This document shows, piece after piece, positions 1 to 10,761 of a stretch of DNA of 54,849 nt. Numbering within the stretch: position 1 is the stretch's first letter; each line of letters begins with the position of its first letter. The stretch is from an uncultured Hippea sp. (lineage in GTDB: Bacteria; Campylobacterota_A; Desulfurellia; JAADFJ01), in contig CAJVZA010000003.1 in assembly GCA_913009315.1 (NCBI GenBank), positions 1-54,849 of the forward strand, read 5' to 3'. Position numbers and translations under genes: made by a program. The notes under the pieces are model-generated. The model was not told the DNA's origin and did not search any database. It was given only the letters and a program-made list of their open reading frames with translations.

Positions 1-169
1 GCTTCACAATATTATGGTTGAAGAGGAGATTAGTCATGCGATAATTTTGCCTGAATATGCACCGAAAATTGCTTGTCTGCATCCGGTTGAACGGATTTTG
101 AAAGTATCTGAAAAGTATGATGAATTTATACCGTTCGGAGCATTGAATCCGCATCTGCTCAATACTTAA
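1..169 (+). pseudogene. Truncated near-identical copy of the amidohydrolase gene (5' part outside the window)
   Basis: 1-156 matches 3064-3219 except two synonymous changes (att gct vs atc gcc), then diverges to a TAA at 167-169. Confidence 0.8.
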
Positions 170-185
170 GAGGGAAAGAGAACAA

Positions 186-1721
186 GTGGTAGAAGTACCA
201 AAGAAGTTTAATGTCTCAGACTATATTTTGCAAAGAGCGGATGAGCTTGCCTCGAAAACGGCTTATATTTGCGGAGACCAACGGATTACTTATGGGGAAC
301 TGAAACGGAAAGTTAGTCAAGCAGGATGGGCATTCAAAGATTATGGGATTGAAATGGAAAACAGAGTACTTCTTCTTATGAAAGATACGCCTGATCTGCC
401 GATCGCCTTTCTTGGCGCTATAAAGATTGGCGCCGTTCCGGTTATGCTCAATAGCTGGCTTCATGCCGATGATTTTAGATATCTTTTTAATGATTCGAGA
501 GCAAAACTCCTTATTATTGATCGATCGCTTGTTCATTTTTATGAAGAGATAAAGCACGGACTTTCGTTCCTGAAAAAAGTGATTGTGGTGGGAGAAGAAC
601 CGGGTTATGAGAATTTTAAATCATGGATATATAGAAAACCTGAAATTCTGGAATCTGCATCTACCGATAGGGACGATTCAGCTTTTTGGCTGTATACTTC
701 AGGTTCAACAGGTGATCCTAAAGGAGTGATACACCTTCACAGGGATATACCATACTCGGTTGAAACCTACGGGACAACAATACTCAATATCAAAGAAGAT
801 GACATCACCTTTTGCTCATCAAAGCTGTTTTTTGCATACGGTCTCGGAAATAGCCTTTACTATCCTTTAACTTCAGGGGCAACAGTTGTTCTTTATCCTG
901 ATCAACCGCTTGCTGAGGTATTATATGAAATTATAAATCGATATTCTGTTACTATATTTTTTGCCGTTCCAACGCTTTACGGCAGAATGCTTCAAACCGG
1001 AGGATCATTAGGAAAAGTCAAAAAGTGCGTCTCGGCAGGTGAATCTTTGCCTGCTTCAATATACGATCAGTGGCTTAGCCGCTTTAATGTTGAGATAAAC
1101 GATGGTATTGGATCAACAGAGATGCTCCAGACCTATATATCAAACCGTTTTGGGAAGATTAAACCGGGAACCAGCGGAAAACCGGTTGATGGATACGAGG
1201 TAAAGATTGTGGATGAAAACGGTAATTTGCTGCCCGATGGCGAAGTGGGGACATTGATGGTTAAAGGCGGAAGCAGGGCTGCGCGTTACTGGAATAAGGA
1301 AGAAAAGACGAGAGAATCAATGGTTGGTCGATGGTTCAATTCGGGAGACGAATACTATAAAGATAACGACGGCTACTTTCATTATGCAGGGAGAAACGAT
1401 GATATGCTGAAAGTTGGAGCTATCTGGGTATCACCTGCTGAAGTTGAAAACTGCCTTATGTCATTCGTATCTGTTCTTGAAGCTGCGGTTATAGGAAAGA
1501 AGGATAAGCAGAATATGGTTAAGCCGATGGCTTTTGTGGTTCTGAAAAACGGGATCCACGGTTCTGAGAAGCTTACAAACGAGATCAAAGAGTTCTGCAA
1601 AAGTACAATCGCCCATTACAAATACCCCAGATGGATAAAATTTGTGGATAATCTTCCAAAAACATCCACTGGTAAAATACAAAGATTTAAACTGAGAGAA
1701 ATGGAGAATTTACGGAGGTAA
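186..1721 (+). CDS. Benzoate-CoA ligase family AMP-dependent ligase
   Basis: WLYTSGSTGDPKG AMP-binding loop, SKLFFAYGLGNSL, DGIGSTE and KYPRWI..V..LPKTSTGKIQRFKLR are typical of benzoate/aminobenzoate-CoA ligases. GTG start. Confidence 0.88.
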   Translation: MVEVPKKFNVSDYILQRADELASKTAYICGDQRITYGELKRKVSQAGWAFKDYGIEMENRVLLLMKDTPDLPIAFLGAIKIGAVPVMLNSWLHADDFRYLFNDSRAKLLIIDRSLVHFYEEIKHGLSFLKKVIVVGEEPGYENFKSWIYRKPEILESASTDRDDSAFWLYTSGSTGDPKGVIHLHRDIPYSVETYGTTILNIKEDDITFCSSKLFFAYGLGNSLYYPLTSGATVVLYPDQPLAEVLYEIINRYSVTIFFAVPTLYGRMLQTGGSLGKVKKCVSAGESLPASIYDQWLSRFNVEINDGIGSTEMLQTYISNRFGKIKPGTSGKPVDGYEVKIVDENGNLLPDGEVGTLMVKGGSRAARYWNKEEKTRESMVGRWFNSGDEYYKDNDGYFHYAGRNDDMLKVGAIWVSPAEVENCLMSFVSVLEAAVIGKKDKQNMVKPMAFVVLKNGIHGSEKLTNEIKEFCKSTIAHYKYPRWIKFVDNLPKTSTGKIQRFKLREMENLRR

Positions 1722-1723
1722 TT

Positions 1724-2905
1724 ATGTTACGGATTTTTAAAACGAGTTTATTGATAATGGCGATATCGTTGTTTCTATCATCTGTATTTGCTATAAACGG
1801 GTACAGTAAAAGTAAACCTTATGTCCTGGGTGCGGATCTTTCAATTACGGGGCGTTTTTCATTCTTAGGCGATCCTGAAGCTAAAACAGTTCCTCTTGTG
1901 ATTGATCAAATTAACAAGAAAGGCGGGATTAACGGTCATCTGCTGAAAGTGATTGTGTATAACGATGAGAGCGATACAACCAAAGCAAGGCTAAATATTG
2001 AGCGTCTTATAAAAAAAGATCATGTAACCGCGATCATCGGGCCTTCCGAATCATCCACTTCTTTGGCGGTCGTCGATCTTGCAAAGCGCTACAAGATTCC
2101 GCTTATTGCAATGGGATCAAGTGAAAGAATTGTGTTGAATCTAAAAACAGGTAAGCAAAGAAGATGGGTTTTTAAAACTCCTCAGTCCGCTTCGATAGTT
2201 GTCGAAAAAATATATGCTTTTATGCGTGAAAAAGGGATTAAAAGAGTCGCTATCATAACAATAAATGCCGCGTTCGGATTCGACGGAAGAAGACAGCTTA
2301 TAAAATATGCACCTGAATATGGCATAAAAATAGTTGCCGATGAAAAATATGGTCCAAAAGACACTGATATGAGTGTTCAGCTTACGAAAATCAAAAGCAC
2401 TAATGCGCAAGCGCTAGTTAACTGGTCTGCAGGTCCAACCCAGGTCATTGTAACAAGACAGTGGAAACAGCTCGGCCTTTCGAAGAAGATGTTTTTGTTT
2501 CAGAGCCATGCGTTTGGAAGCATAAGAGACATAAAACTTTCCGGAAGTGCTGCAGAAGGTGTATATTTGCCGCTCGGCAAGATTAATGTCGGATGGTTAT
2601 TACCCGCAAATGATCCTCAAAAGAAACCTATAATGGCTTTTGCGAAAAGTTATAAAAAACTTTACGGTATATGGCCTCCGTCTTTCGCAGGACATGCAAA
2701 AGATGCGTTAGGATTGCTGATTGATGCGCTCAAAACCGTCGGTCCGAACAAGGCAAAGATAAGAAATTATATTGAGCATAAAAAGGATTATATCGGAATG
2801 CATGGGATATTTAACTTTTCGCCAAACGATCATAACGGTTTAACAAAAGACAGTGCACTTGTGATGGTTGAAGTAAAAAACGGAGGATGGGTCATTGTCC
2901 ATTAA
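1724..2905 (+). CDS. ABC transporter substrate-binding protein, LivJ/HAAT-like (possibly aromatic acid ligand)
   Basis: Signal peptide, IN..GGINGH.L.V...D motif and C-terminal G..G.F.FSP.DHNG. Confidence 0.85.
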   Translation: MLRIFKTSLLIMAISLFLSSVFAINGYSKSKPYVLGADLSITGRFSFLGDPEAKTVPLVIDQINKKGGINGHLLKVIVYNDESDTTKARLNIERLIKKDHVTAIIGPSESSTSLAVVDLAKRYKIPLIAMGSSERIVLNLKTGKQRRWVFKTPQSASIVVEKIYAFMREKGIKRVAIITINAAFGFDGRRQLIKYAPEYGIKIVADEKYGPKDTDMSVQLTKIKSTNAQALVNWSAGPTQVIVTRQWKQLGLSKKMFLFQSHAFGSIRDIKLSGSAAEGVYLPLGKINVGWLLPANDPQKKPIMAFAKSYKKLYGIWPPSFAGHAKDALGLLIDALKTVGPNKAKIRNYIEHKKDYIGMHGIFNFSPNDHNGLTKDSALVMVEVKNGGWVIVH

Positions 2906-2926
2906 AATAAATTGTAGGTGTAATCA

Positions 2927-3745
2927 ATGAAAATATTTGATGTTCACGTTCATGTAGGTGATAAATTTGCCTGGAAAGAAGAGGCATTCAGCTATCTTAT
3001 GTCGCTTGGAAAACGGTATGAAAAAAGACTTTATGATGATGCCGGCAATCAAATTGACAGCGAGCTTCACAATATTATGGTTGAAGAGGAGATTAGTCAT
3101 GCGATAATTTTGCCTGAATATGCACCGAAAATCGCCTGTCTGCATCCGGTTGAACGGATTTTGAAAGTATCTGAAAAGTATGATGAATTTATACCGTTCG
3201 GAGCATTGAATCCGCATCTCCACAACCCTGTCAAAGAGTTTGAACGCCAGCTTGCGCTGGGAATAAAAGGCATAAAACTTCACCCTGTTCATTGCGAGCA
3301 TTATGTAAATGACAGTGCGCTGTATCCTGTTTATGACAGATGCAGCAATCTGAATATTCCGGTTATGCTGCACGCCGGCACCTCTATATTTACCGGTTCG
3401 AGAATGAGATACGCCGATCCTTATACATATGATGATGTTGCAGCCGATTTTCCCGATTTAACAATTATACTCTCTCATGGGGGAAGAAGTTTTTGGCATC
3501 AGCAGGCTGAATTTATGGTGAGAAGACATAAGAATGTTTATATCGATGTTTGCGGTCTGCCTCCAAAAAATCTTCCCAAACTATTTCCATCAATGGGACG
3601 ATTTCCGGAAAAATTTCTTTTTGGAACCGATTTCCCCGGTGTGCCGGGCATAAGAGCAAATGCAGAGGCAATCTATCGGCTGGATATCTCCTCTGAGGCA
3701 AAATCGCTTATCTGTTATGAAAATGCGGCGAGGCTGTTTTTATAG
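2927..3745 (+). CDS. Amidohydrolase_2 family metal-dependent hydrolase/decarboxylase
   Basis: DVHVH metal motif, GIKLHP, H-G in ILSHGG, and FGTDFP. Confidence 0.88.
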   Translation: MKIFDVHVHVGDKFAWKEEAFSYLMSLGKRYEKRLYDDAGNQIDSELHNIMVEEEISHAIILPEYAPKIACLHPVERILKVSEKYDEFIPFGALNPHLHNPVKEFERQLALGIKGIKLHPVHCEHYVNDSALYPVYDRCSNLNIPVMLHAGTSIFTGSRMRYADPYTYDDVAADFPDLTIILSHGGRSFWHQQAEFMVRRHKNVYIDVCGLPPKNLPKLFPSMGRFPEKFLFGTDFPGVPGIRANAEAIYRLDISSEAKSLICYENAARLFL

Positions 3746-3791
3746 TTTCTTCGCGCTTTATTGCGCAGCAATTTTACTGAAGGATAAGAAT

Positions 3792-4196
3792 TCAGTATCT
3801 TTTGGAATGCTCTATTTTCATGCATCTGTTTGATACGACGAGAAGTCCGGCAGACTCAGCTTTTTTTTCAGCTTCAGGATTTTTGATTCCCAATTGAAGC
3901 CATACGGATTTTGCACCTATCTTGATTGCTTCATCTATAATAGGCAGTACTGCTTCAGATTTTCGGAATATATCAACAACGTCTATCGGAAACGGAATTT
4001 CCGATAGACTGCCGTAGCATTTCTCACCTAATATCTCATTCATTCCGGGTCTTACAGGGACAATTTTGTACCCATGCTTTTGCAGATATTGAGCAACTTG
4101 CCGGCTCGGACGTTCTTTTTTCGGTGATAAGCCTACAATGGCGACTACCTTATAGTTCTTTAATATCTCTTCGATTCTCTCTTTTATCTCGTTCAT
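3792..4196 (-). CDS. CoA-binding protein (YccU-like)
   Basis: AIVGLSPK..RPS, DVVDIFR, WLQLG and RCMKIEH motifs. Confidence 0.9.
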   Translation of the reverse strand: MNEIKERIEEILKNYKVVAIVGLSPKKERPSRQVAQYLQKHGYKIVPVRPGMNEILGEKCYGSLSEIPFPIDVVDIFRKSEAVLPIIDEAIKIGAKSVWLQLGIKNPEAEKKAESAGLLVVSNRCMKIEHSKRY

Positions 4197-4240
4197 TTTT
4201 ACCTTCTTTGCATCATAGGCAGGACATTCTAAAATAGCTT

Positions 4241-5308
4241 CTATGCATTAAGTGTTCCTTTAAAAAAAGTCTTTATTTTTTCGATAATATCTTTGTCGTT
4301 TTTGGCATTATCATAAAGTTCCGCAAATTCTTTAAACCGTTTTTTAGCCTCGAAGGTCAGATTTTTTGGAGTTTCAACGAATATTCTGACAATCTGGTTT
4401 CCTCCTCTTATCCCTTTGCCTCTCAAGATAAATTCTTCTCCTGAGTCTGTGCCGGCCGGTATTTTGATCTGTTCATAGCCATATACGGTTTCCACATTGA
4501 TCGTATCACCTAACACGGCGCTGACAAGTGATATAGGCTGATGCAGTATTATGCTGTTTCCGTCTCTGGTGAATTTTGTATCGTTGGTGACACTGAATTT
4601 AAGATAGAGGTCTCCGTTGGGTCCGCCGTTGCTGCCGGCATGGCCGTAGCCGTTCAATCTATAGTAGTGTCCGTTGTCGATACCCGCAGGAATTTTAATA
4701 GTTATCTTTTTTGGTTCTTTGACGGTTCCGCTGCCTTTGCAGACTGAACATCTTTTGGATATTATTCGTCCGGTGCCGCCGCATTTTGAGCATGTGGTGG
4801 AAAGAGAGATGAATCCGTGCGATATTTGGGTGCTGCCTCGTCCTGCGCATCTGGTGCAGGTAACAGTGTCTCCACCGACTCCGCCGCATAAATGACAGTT
4901 TTTTTCATAGTTTATCTTTATAGTTTTGTTTGCTCCCAATACTGCTTCTCTGAAACTGATCTTCAGTATCTGCTCAATATCATCTCCTGCCGCAGCGCTT
5001 GATGTTTCCGTAGAAGTCCCAAAAAAATCACCAAATAGATCGCCTAAGCCGCCGAAACCAAAGTTTTTAAATATGTCGTTTAAATTGATATTGGATCTGT
5101 CTACTGATCCAAACTGATCAAACTGAGCTCTCTTTTTTGGATCGGATAAAACCGCATATGCCTCGCTTATCTGTTTGAATCGTTCTTCCGCCTGCTTATC
5201 ACCCGGATTTTTGTCCGGGTGATATTTCATTGCAAGCCTTCTATATACAACTTTTATCTGATCTGTTGATGCAGATCTTTCTACTCCAAGTATTTGATAA
5301 TAATCCAT
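4241..5308 (-). CDS. dnaJ: Chaperone DnaJ
   Basis: J domain with HPD, four CxxCxGxG repeats, downstream of dnaK. Confidence 0.96.
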   Translation of the reverse strand: MDYYQILGVERSASTDQIKVVYRRLAMKYHPDKNPGDKQAEERFKQISEAYAVLSDPKKRAQFDQFGSVDRSNINLNDIFKNFGFGGLGDLFGDFFGTSTETSSAAAGDDIEQILKISFREAVLGANKTIKINYEKNCHLCGGVGGDTVTCTRCAGRGSTQISHGFISLSTTCSKCGGTGRIISKRCSVCKGSGTVKEPKKITIKIPAGIDNGHYYRLNGYGHAGSNGGPNGDLYLKFSVTNDTKFTRDGNSIILHQPISLVSAVLGDTINVETVYGYEQIKIPAGTDSGEEFILRGKGIRGGNQIVRIFVETPKNLTFEAKKRFKEFAELYDNAKNDKDIIEKIKTFFKGTLNA

Positions 5309-5318
5309 CTACACAGAC

Positions 5319-7223
5319 CTATTTATCCTCTTCTTCAACTTCGGCATCTATGACCTCTTCCTCGTTTGTCTCATCGTTATGCCCTGCGCTTTCTGAGCCT
5401 GATTCGGCAGATTTATCGCTGCCGGCTTTGTATGCCTGCTCCGCAATCTTGCCGGATGCGCTAACAACATTTTTTATGGCCGATTCTATCGCTTCTTTGT
5501 CGTTCTCATCTTTAACCTTTTTTAGGTTTTCCAACACACTGTTAATATTGCTCTTATCGTCTTGTGAAACTTTATCGCCAAGCTCATTAAGCGATTTTTC
5601 CGTTGCATATATGAGGTTATCTGCTTTGTTCCTGGTATCGATAAGTTCTTTCTTCTTTTTGTCTTCATCTGCATGCGCTTCGGCTTCTGCCTGCATCTTC
5701 TTGATCTCTTCATCGCTTAGACCGGATGATGCCGTAATTTTGATAGCTTGTTCTTTGCCGGTCGCTTTATCTTTAGCGCTCACATTTAATATACCGTTTG
5801 CGTCAATGTCAAAGGTGACCTCTATTTGAGGCACGCCTCTTGGTGCGGCAGGAATACCTACAAGCTCAAACCGCCCCAAAGTTTTGTTGTCCTGAGCCAT
5901 AGGTCGTTCACCTTGAAGAACGTGGATGGTGACTGCCGATTGGCTATCCTCAGCGGTTGTAAATATCTGACTTTTTCTGGTAGGAATAGTGGTATTTTTC
6001 TCAATTATCTTTGTCATCACCCCGCCGAGAGTTTCAATTCCAAGTGATAAAGGTGTTACGTCGAGAAGGAGAACATCTTTGACATCGCCTTTTAAAACTC
6101 CGCCCTGAATTGCTGCTCCTATGGCGACCGCTTCATCCGGATTTATATCCTGCCGCGGTTCTTTGCCGAAAAACTCTTTCACCTTTTGCTGAACCAGAGG
6201 AGTTCTCGTCATTCCTCCTACAAGTATAACATAATTTATATCGGACGGCTTGAGATTTGCATCTTCTAATGCCTTTTTGCATGGCTTTATCGTGCTTTCA
6301 ATCAGCGGCAAAACCAGCTGTTCAAGGTGAGCTCTGGTGAGTTTCAAATTAAGATGTTTCGGACCGGTGGCGTCTGCTGTTATGAAAGGAAGATTTATTT
6401 CGGTCTCAAGGCTTGAAGAAAGCTCAATTTTTGCCTTCTCTGCTGCATCCTTAAGACGCTGCAGGGCTATTGAATCGGTTCTCAGATCGATGCCGTTTTC
6501 TTTTTTGAATGTATCTAACGTCCAATCTAATATTTTGCGGTCAAAATCGTCTCCGCCTAAATATGTGTCGCCGTTGGTTGATTTGACTTCAAATACCCCG
6601 TCTGCAATTTCAAGAATCGATATATCAAAGGTTCCTCCGCCAAGATCATACACTGCGATATTACCTTTTTTATTTTTATCCAATCCAAAGGCGAGTGCGG
6701 CCGCAGTTGGTTCGTTAATTATTCTGAGAACATTTAAACCGGCAATAGCGCCTGAATCTTTGGTGGCCTTTCTCTGGCTGTCATTAAAGTATGCAGGAAC
6801 CGTTATTACCGCATCCTTAATTTTTTCTCCCAGCTGGCTTTCTGCATCTGCTTTGAGTTTTTGAAGAATAGCTGCAGATATTTCCTGTGTTGAGAGCGAT
6901 TTTCCGTCTATCTTTATTCTGCAGTCGTTACCCGGTCCCTGAATCAATTTGTAAGGAAGTCTTTTTTTTGCGTCTTTTACCTCTTCTGAATCGTAATGTC
7001 TGCCTATGAGTCTTTTGATCGAAAATATGGTTTTTGAAGGATTTGTGATAGCTTGTCTTTTTGCAGATTGCCCCACAAGACGTTCTCCTTTATCGGTAAA
7101 GGCCACTATTGATGGCGTTGTGCGGGTTCCTTCGCTGTTGGTTATTACTTTTGGTTCTCCGGACTGCATTATTGCCATGCATGAGTTTGTTGTTCCTAAG
7201 TCGATTCCTAATACCTTACTCAT
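5319..7223 (-). CDS. dnaK: Chaperone DnaK
   Basis: [17 protein letters not shown] and [16 protein letters not shown] motifs. Confidence 0.99.
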   Translation of the reverse strand: MSKVLGIDLGTTNSCMAIMQSGEPKVITNSEGTRTTPSIVAFTDKGERLVGQSAKRQAITNPSKTIFSIKRLIGRHYDSEEVKDAKKRLPYKLIQGPGNDCRIKIDGKSLSTQEISAAILQKLKADAESQLGEKIKDAVITVPAYFNDSQRKATKDSGAIAGLNVLRIINEPTAAALAFGLDKNKKGNIAVYDLGGGTFDISILEIADGVFEVKSTNGDTYLGGDDFDRKILDWTLDTFKKENGIDLRTDSIALQRLKDAAEKAKIELSSSLETEINLPFITADATGPKHLNLKLTRAHLEQLVLPLIESTIKPCKKALEDANLKPSDINYVILVGGMTRTPLVQQKVKEFFGKEPRQDINPDEAVAIGAAIQGGVLKGDVKDVLLLDVTPLSLGIETLGGVMTKIIEKNTTIPTRKSQIFTTAEDSQSAVTIHVLQGERPMAQDNKTLGRFELVGIPAAPRGVPQIEVTFDIDANGILNVSAKDKATGKEQAIKITASSGLSDEEIKKMQAEAEAHADEDKKKKELIDTRNKADNLIYATEKSLNELGDKVSQDDKSNINSVLENLKKVKDENDKEAIESAIKNVVSASGKIAEQAYKAGSDKSAESGSESAGHNDETNEEEVIDAEVEEEDK

Positions 7224-7779
7224 CTTCTTCCTCCATTTTGGCGTTTATTAATCTACTATTATTTTCTTCATCTTCTTTTTCTCTGCCGCTTACAATAACC
7301 TTTGCGGGTCTTAAACACAACCCTTTTGTTATGTAACCTCTTTCAAGCTGAGCTATAATTTTGTTTTTAGGCAGCTTACTCTGTTTGTCTATCATCATAG
7401 CTTCATGAATATTCGGGTCAAACTGTTTGTTTTCAGTATCAATTACCTCTATGCCTTTATTCTGCAGTATGGAATCGATTTTTTTTAATATCAACTTAAC
7501 GCCCTCAATAAATGCCAGCATGTTTTCGTCAAGTTTGTCGGCAAATTTATCCGACATTTTAAGCGTATTCTCAAGCTCGTCGGCAATAGGCAGAAAGTCC
7601 TTTATATTTTCTCTGATACTATTTTCCGCAATACTCAGTTTGTCTTTCGATGCGTTTTTTTTATAATTCTCGAAATCGGCATAGAGTCTTATATATTTGT
7701 CATTGAGCGCATTAAATTTATCCAGCAATTTGTTGTACTCCTCTGTTTTACTCTTGTTATCACCCTTTTCGTTCGGCAT
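7216..7779 (-). CDS. grpE: Nucleotide exchange factor GrpE
   Basis: [19 protein letters not shown] and GY.....LRPAKVIVS; operon context. Confidence 0.96.
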   Translation of the reverse strand: MPNEKGDNKSKTEEYNKLLDKFNALNDKYIRLYADFENYKKNASKDKLSIAENSIRENIKDFLPIADELENTLKMSDKFADKLDENMLAFIEGVKLILKKIDSILQNKGIEVIDTENKQFDPNIHEAMMIDKQSKLPKNKIIAQLERGYITKGLCLRPAKVIVSGREKEDEENNSRLINAKMEEEDE

Positions 7780-8811
7780 TTATTTATGTTCCTCCTCCTC
7801 GTATCTTTTTATAAACCATTTGAGTTGTATAGCTGCCTGATCGACCAAAAGCAGGTTCCTCTTGTAGTTCATCCTGAACGGACCGATCATGCCGATAAAT
7901 CCTCTGTTATTTTTTATGTTATAATCAGATGCTATTAGTGATGTTTCATCCGACAGATGAAGAGGATTATCTTTTCCTATGAATACCTTTGATCCTGAAC
8001 TATCCATTGCCTTGTTTAATATATTCGCAATTATCTCTTTTTTTTCAAGCAGCGATACGAGTGATTTTAAAAAACCGATATTTGCGTTGAGTTTCTTCAT
8101 TCCGAGAAGATTGTCAATTCCGCTAATAGCAACTCTTCTCTTTTTATCATATAGTTTTTCGTATAGATCTATTATCGAATTGTAGAGCTGCTCGCATCTT
8201 GCTCTTTTGGCTTTTATATCACTGATTATGCTGTCTTTTATATCCTTGATGGGAAAATTTTTATATCTTTTGTTCAGATTAGAGATAATCTTCTTTAGAT
8301 ATAAAAATCCGTCTTCATCCGTATTAATAATTTCGCTTATCATCCATCCGTATTCCAAAACAATAATTAGGTATCCTTTGGTTTTATCAAGATTTATGAG
8401 GTCTATTTTTTTAAGCTTTAATTCCGTTAGTTCGGGTGCTGTGATTGCCACGAGATAGTTGCTTTGACGAGACAGCCATGAGGAGGCAGCCGTCAAGGCG
8501 GTTTTCAATGTATCGCTGTTCTTAATAAAAACAGGAACAACAGCGTTTGGCGTCCTGTCCCGTTTCAGTATATTATTTACGTAATATCTGTAGCCCATTT
8601 CAGTGGGCACTTTTCCGCTCGACGTATATATGCTTTTCAGATAGCCCATATCCTGGAGATCATAAAGAGCATTTCTAAGCGTAGCAGGAGACATCAAAAG
8701 GCCGTATTTTTTTACAATTTTGAGCGATCCTTCGGATTTGCCATGCTCAATATAGTTCTCTACAACAATCTCCAATATTTTGTGAAGCCTTTCGGTCTCT
8801 ATAGTTTTCAT
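7780..8811 (-). CDS. hrcA: Heat-inducible transcription repressor HrcA
   Basis: N-terminal wHTH SPATLRN...L...GYL....TSSGKVPT..GYRYYV, C-terminal G.IGP.RMNY, and an upstream CIRCE. Confidence 0.93.
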   Translation of the reverse strand: MKTIETERLHKILEIVVENYIEHGKSEGSLKIVKKYGLLMSPATLRNALYDLQDMGYLKSIYTSSGKVPTEMGYRYYVNNILKRDRTPNAVVPVFIKNSDTLKTALTAASSWLSRQSNYLVAITAPELTELKLKKIDLINLDKTKGYLIIVLEYGWMISEIINTDEDGFLYLKKIISNLNKRYKNFPIKDIKDSIISDIKAKRARCEQLYNSIIDLYEKLYDKKRRVAISGIDNLLGMKKLNANIGFLKSLVSLLEKKEIIANILNKAMDSSGSKVFIGKDNPLHLSDETSLIASDYNIKNNRGFIGMIGPFRMNYKRNLLLVDQAAIQLKWFIKRYEEEEHK

Positions 8812-8814
8812 AAA

Positions 8815-8841
8815 TTAGCACTCTCTACCATGATCTGCTAA
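8815..8841. promoter_or_regulatory. CIRCE operator (one degenerate arm)
   Basis: TTAGCACTC-N9-ATCTGCTAA versus consensus TTAGCACTC-N9-GAGTGCTAA, 3 bp upstream of the hrcA ATG. Confidence 0.9.
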
Positions 8842-8842
8842 C

Positions 8843-8870
8843 AAGATAGCCTGTTGTTCTATGATGTCAA
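8843..8870 (-). promoter_or_regulatory. Sigma70 promoter of the hrcA operon
   Basis: Minus strand TTGACA-N16-TATCTT directly upstream of the CIRCE. Confidence 0.6.
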
Positions 8871-8964
8871 GGGCAACTCTTCTAATTCTGAGCGTTCCGA
8901 ATTGAGAATCCAATCAATCTCATAAACTCATCTTACGCATTAGATGGTGCCCCGTAAAATTTAA

Positions 8965-10713
8965 TTATGATACTTTGTACATAAGAAGGTCGCCTTTTGT
9001 TATTATGCCTAACAGTCTTTTGGGATTATCTTCATCTACAACAGGGAGATGTGAAATTCCGTTTTCCCGCATCTTCCCGAGTGCCTGATCAAGAGTTTCA
9101 TAGGGGTATGTCAAGATCAGATTTTTGCTGCAGGCGTCAAATGCGGATAATGCCATATCGCTGTTTTTTTCTCTGTGCTGCAATACGTCTCTGCCGCTTA
9201 TTATGCCCACCAGTTCATTTTTATCGTTCATAACGGGGAATCCTTCATGGCCTGTTTTCATGATCTTGTTGCTTATATCTTGAATTGATTCATACATATT
9301 TGCAGTTATCACATCTCTTATCATCACGTTTTCGACCGTTTCATTCTTCAGAACGTTTATTTCAAGGCCATGAGGTATAAAGACTCCCCGTCTGGCAAGT
9401 TTTTCCGTATAGATCGTATTTTTAGCAAAGATACGGCTTGTGATGTCGGCTAAAACGCATGCGAATATTAGCGGGATTATGATACTGTAGTCACGAGTCA
9501 TTTCAAAAACCATTATAATTGATGTCAATGTTGCGCGACTTGTTCCTGCAAATACAGCAGCCATACCTACCAGTCCATACGCAGGATAAGGGGCGCTCAT
9601 GTGAGGAAATAACAAATTGATAATAATACCAAAAAATGCTCCAAATACTCCTCCGATAAATAGCGAAGGCGCAAATACGCCGCCCGATCCTCCTGAGCCG
9701 AGTGTTAATGACAATGCAAACATTTTAGCGATTAAAAGTGCAAACAGGGTAAGCATAAGGTAAACAGTCGGGCTGCCATAATTAGGACTGAGTATGTTGC
9801 CTATAGTTTTATATCCTACACCAAGTATCTGAGGAAATTGGAGTGCTATAATCCCAAGTAACATGCCTCCGATAGCAGGTTTGAAAACGGGATGGACTTT
9901 TATCTTATCAAACAGATCTTCTATGCGGTAAAGCAGTTTAAATTCCAAAATTCCGATAAATCCTGCAGCAATACCCATTATAAGGTAAAATAGGAGTTCG
10001 TATACCGATTTAAAGTGATATGCCGGAATAATAAATATGGGGTCGCTTCCTAAAAATAATCTTGATATAATAGTTGCGAAAACAGATGATGTAGCCAGAG
10101 GAACAAACGATTCTGTTCTAAATTCGAGTAGAATTAACTCAATGGAAAAAATTATGCCTGCCAGCGGAGCATTAAATGTTGCAGCTATACCTGCAGTTGC
10201 TCCACAGCCTACTAATATCTTGCGGTCAGTAATAGAAAGTTTTAAAAATTGGCTTACAGCTGATCCAAACGCGCTTCCTATTTGAACTATGGGTCCTTCC
10301 CTTCCTGCCGACCCTCCTGTTCCAAGGCATATTCCGGAGGCCAGTGTTTTGGCAATTACAACTCGCGGACGAATTATGCCCTGTTTTTTATACATAGCTT
10401 CCATTACTTCAGGTACACCATGTCCTTTTGCTTCAGTGGCGTAGTAATAGGTAATGAATCCTACAATAAGACCTCCCATTGCAGGCGGTATGATTACTAA
10501 ATATCCTAAGCCATTGCTTACAGGCGAGACAAAATAAATTGATAATTTGTGCCAAAATGATAGGTTATTTATGCTGTAATACAACCACCTGAATAAAACT
10601 GCACCAAATCCGCCGACAATACCGACCGAAACTGCCATAAGATTTAATCTTAGATTAATATAAAGACTTTTTTTCGGAAACCCCTTGCCAATAGATGCTA
10701 TACTATATTTCAT
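8965..10713 (-). CDS. ClC-family chloride channel/transporter with C-terminal CBS pair
   Basis: GHGVPE, GREGP and GGVFAPSL ClC signatures; tandem CBS domains at the C-terminus. Confidence 0.93.
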   Translation of the reverse strand: MKYSIASIGKGFPKKSLYINLRLNLMAVSVGIVGGFGAVLFRWLYYSINNLSFWHKLSIYFVSPVSNGLGYLVIIPPAMGGLIVGFITYYYATEAKGHGVPEVMEAMYKKQGIIRPRVVIAKTLASGICLGTGGSAGREGPIVQIGSAFGSAVSQFLKLSITDRKILVGCGATAGIAATFNAPLAGIIFSIELILLEFRTESFVPLATSSVFATIISRLFLGSDPIFIIPAYHFKSVYELLFYLIMGIAAGFIGILEFKLLYRIEDLFDKIKVHPVFKPAIGGMLLGIIALQFPQILGVGYKTIGNILSPNYGSPTVYLMLTLFALLIAKMFALSLTLGSGGSGGVFAPSLFIGGVFGAFFGIIINLLFPHMSAPYPAYGLVGMAAVFAGTSRATLTSIIMVFEMTRDYSIIIPLIFACVLADITSRIFAKNTIYTEKLARRGVFIPHGLEINVLKNETVENVMIRDVITANMYESIQDISNKIMKTGHEGFPVMNDKNELVGIISGRDVLQHREKNSDMALSAFDACSKNLILTYPYETLDQALGKMRENGISHLPVVDEDNPKRLLGIITKGDLLMYKVS

Positions 10714-10730
10714 AAAACCCCTTTAGTTTT

Positions 10731-10761
10731 TACACAGCCCAACCTTTTTCTGTGTAGGATC
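10731..10761 (-). promoter_or_regulatory. Structured 5' leader of the ClC gene; candidate Na+ (DUF1646-type) riboswitch
   Basis: Minus strand GATCC-TACACAG-AAAAAGGTTGGG-CTGTGTA: perfect 7-bp stem with a GGUUGRG loop, between a TATAAT (10778-10783) and the RBS. Class assignment is from memory of the motif. Confidence 0.45.

Noticed and set aside
8945-8953. tRNA 3'-end fragment (GGGGCACCA on the minus strand) as an att site
   Set aside because: Only 9 bp, no T-arm, and no integrase nearby.
8965-10713. ClC as the fluoride exporter (CLC-F) matching the fluoride riboswitch
   Set aside because: It has GHGVPE/GREGP rather than the CLC-F GNNLI/GREGT-type signatures, and there is no fluoride aptamer in its leader.
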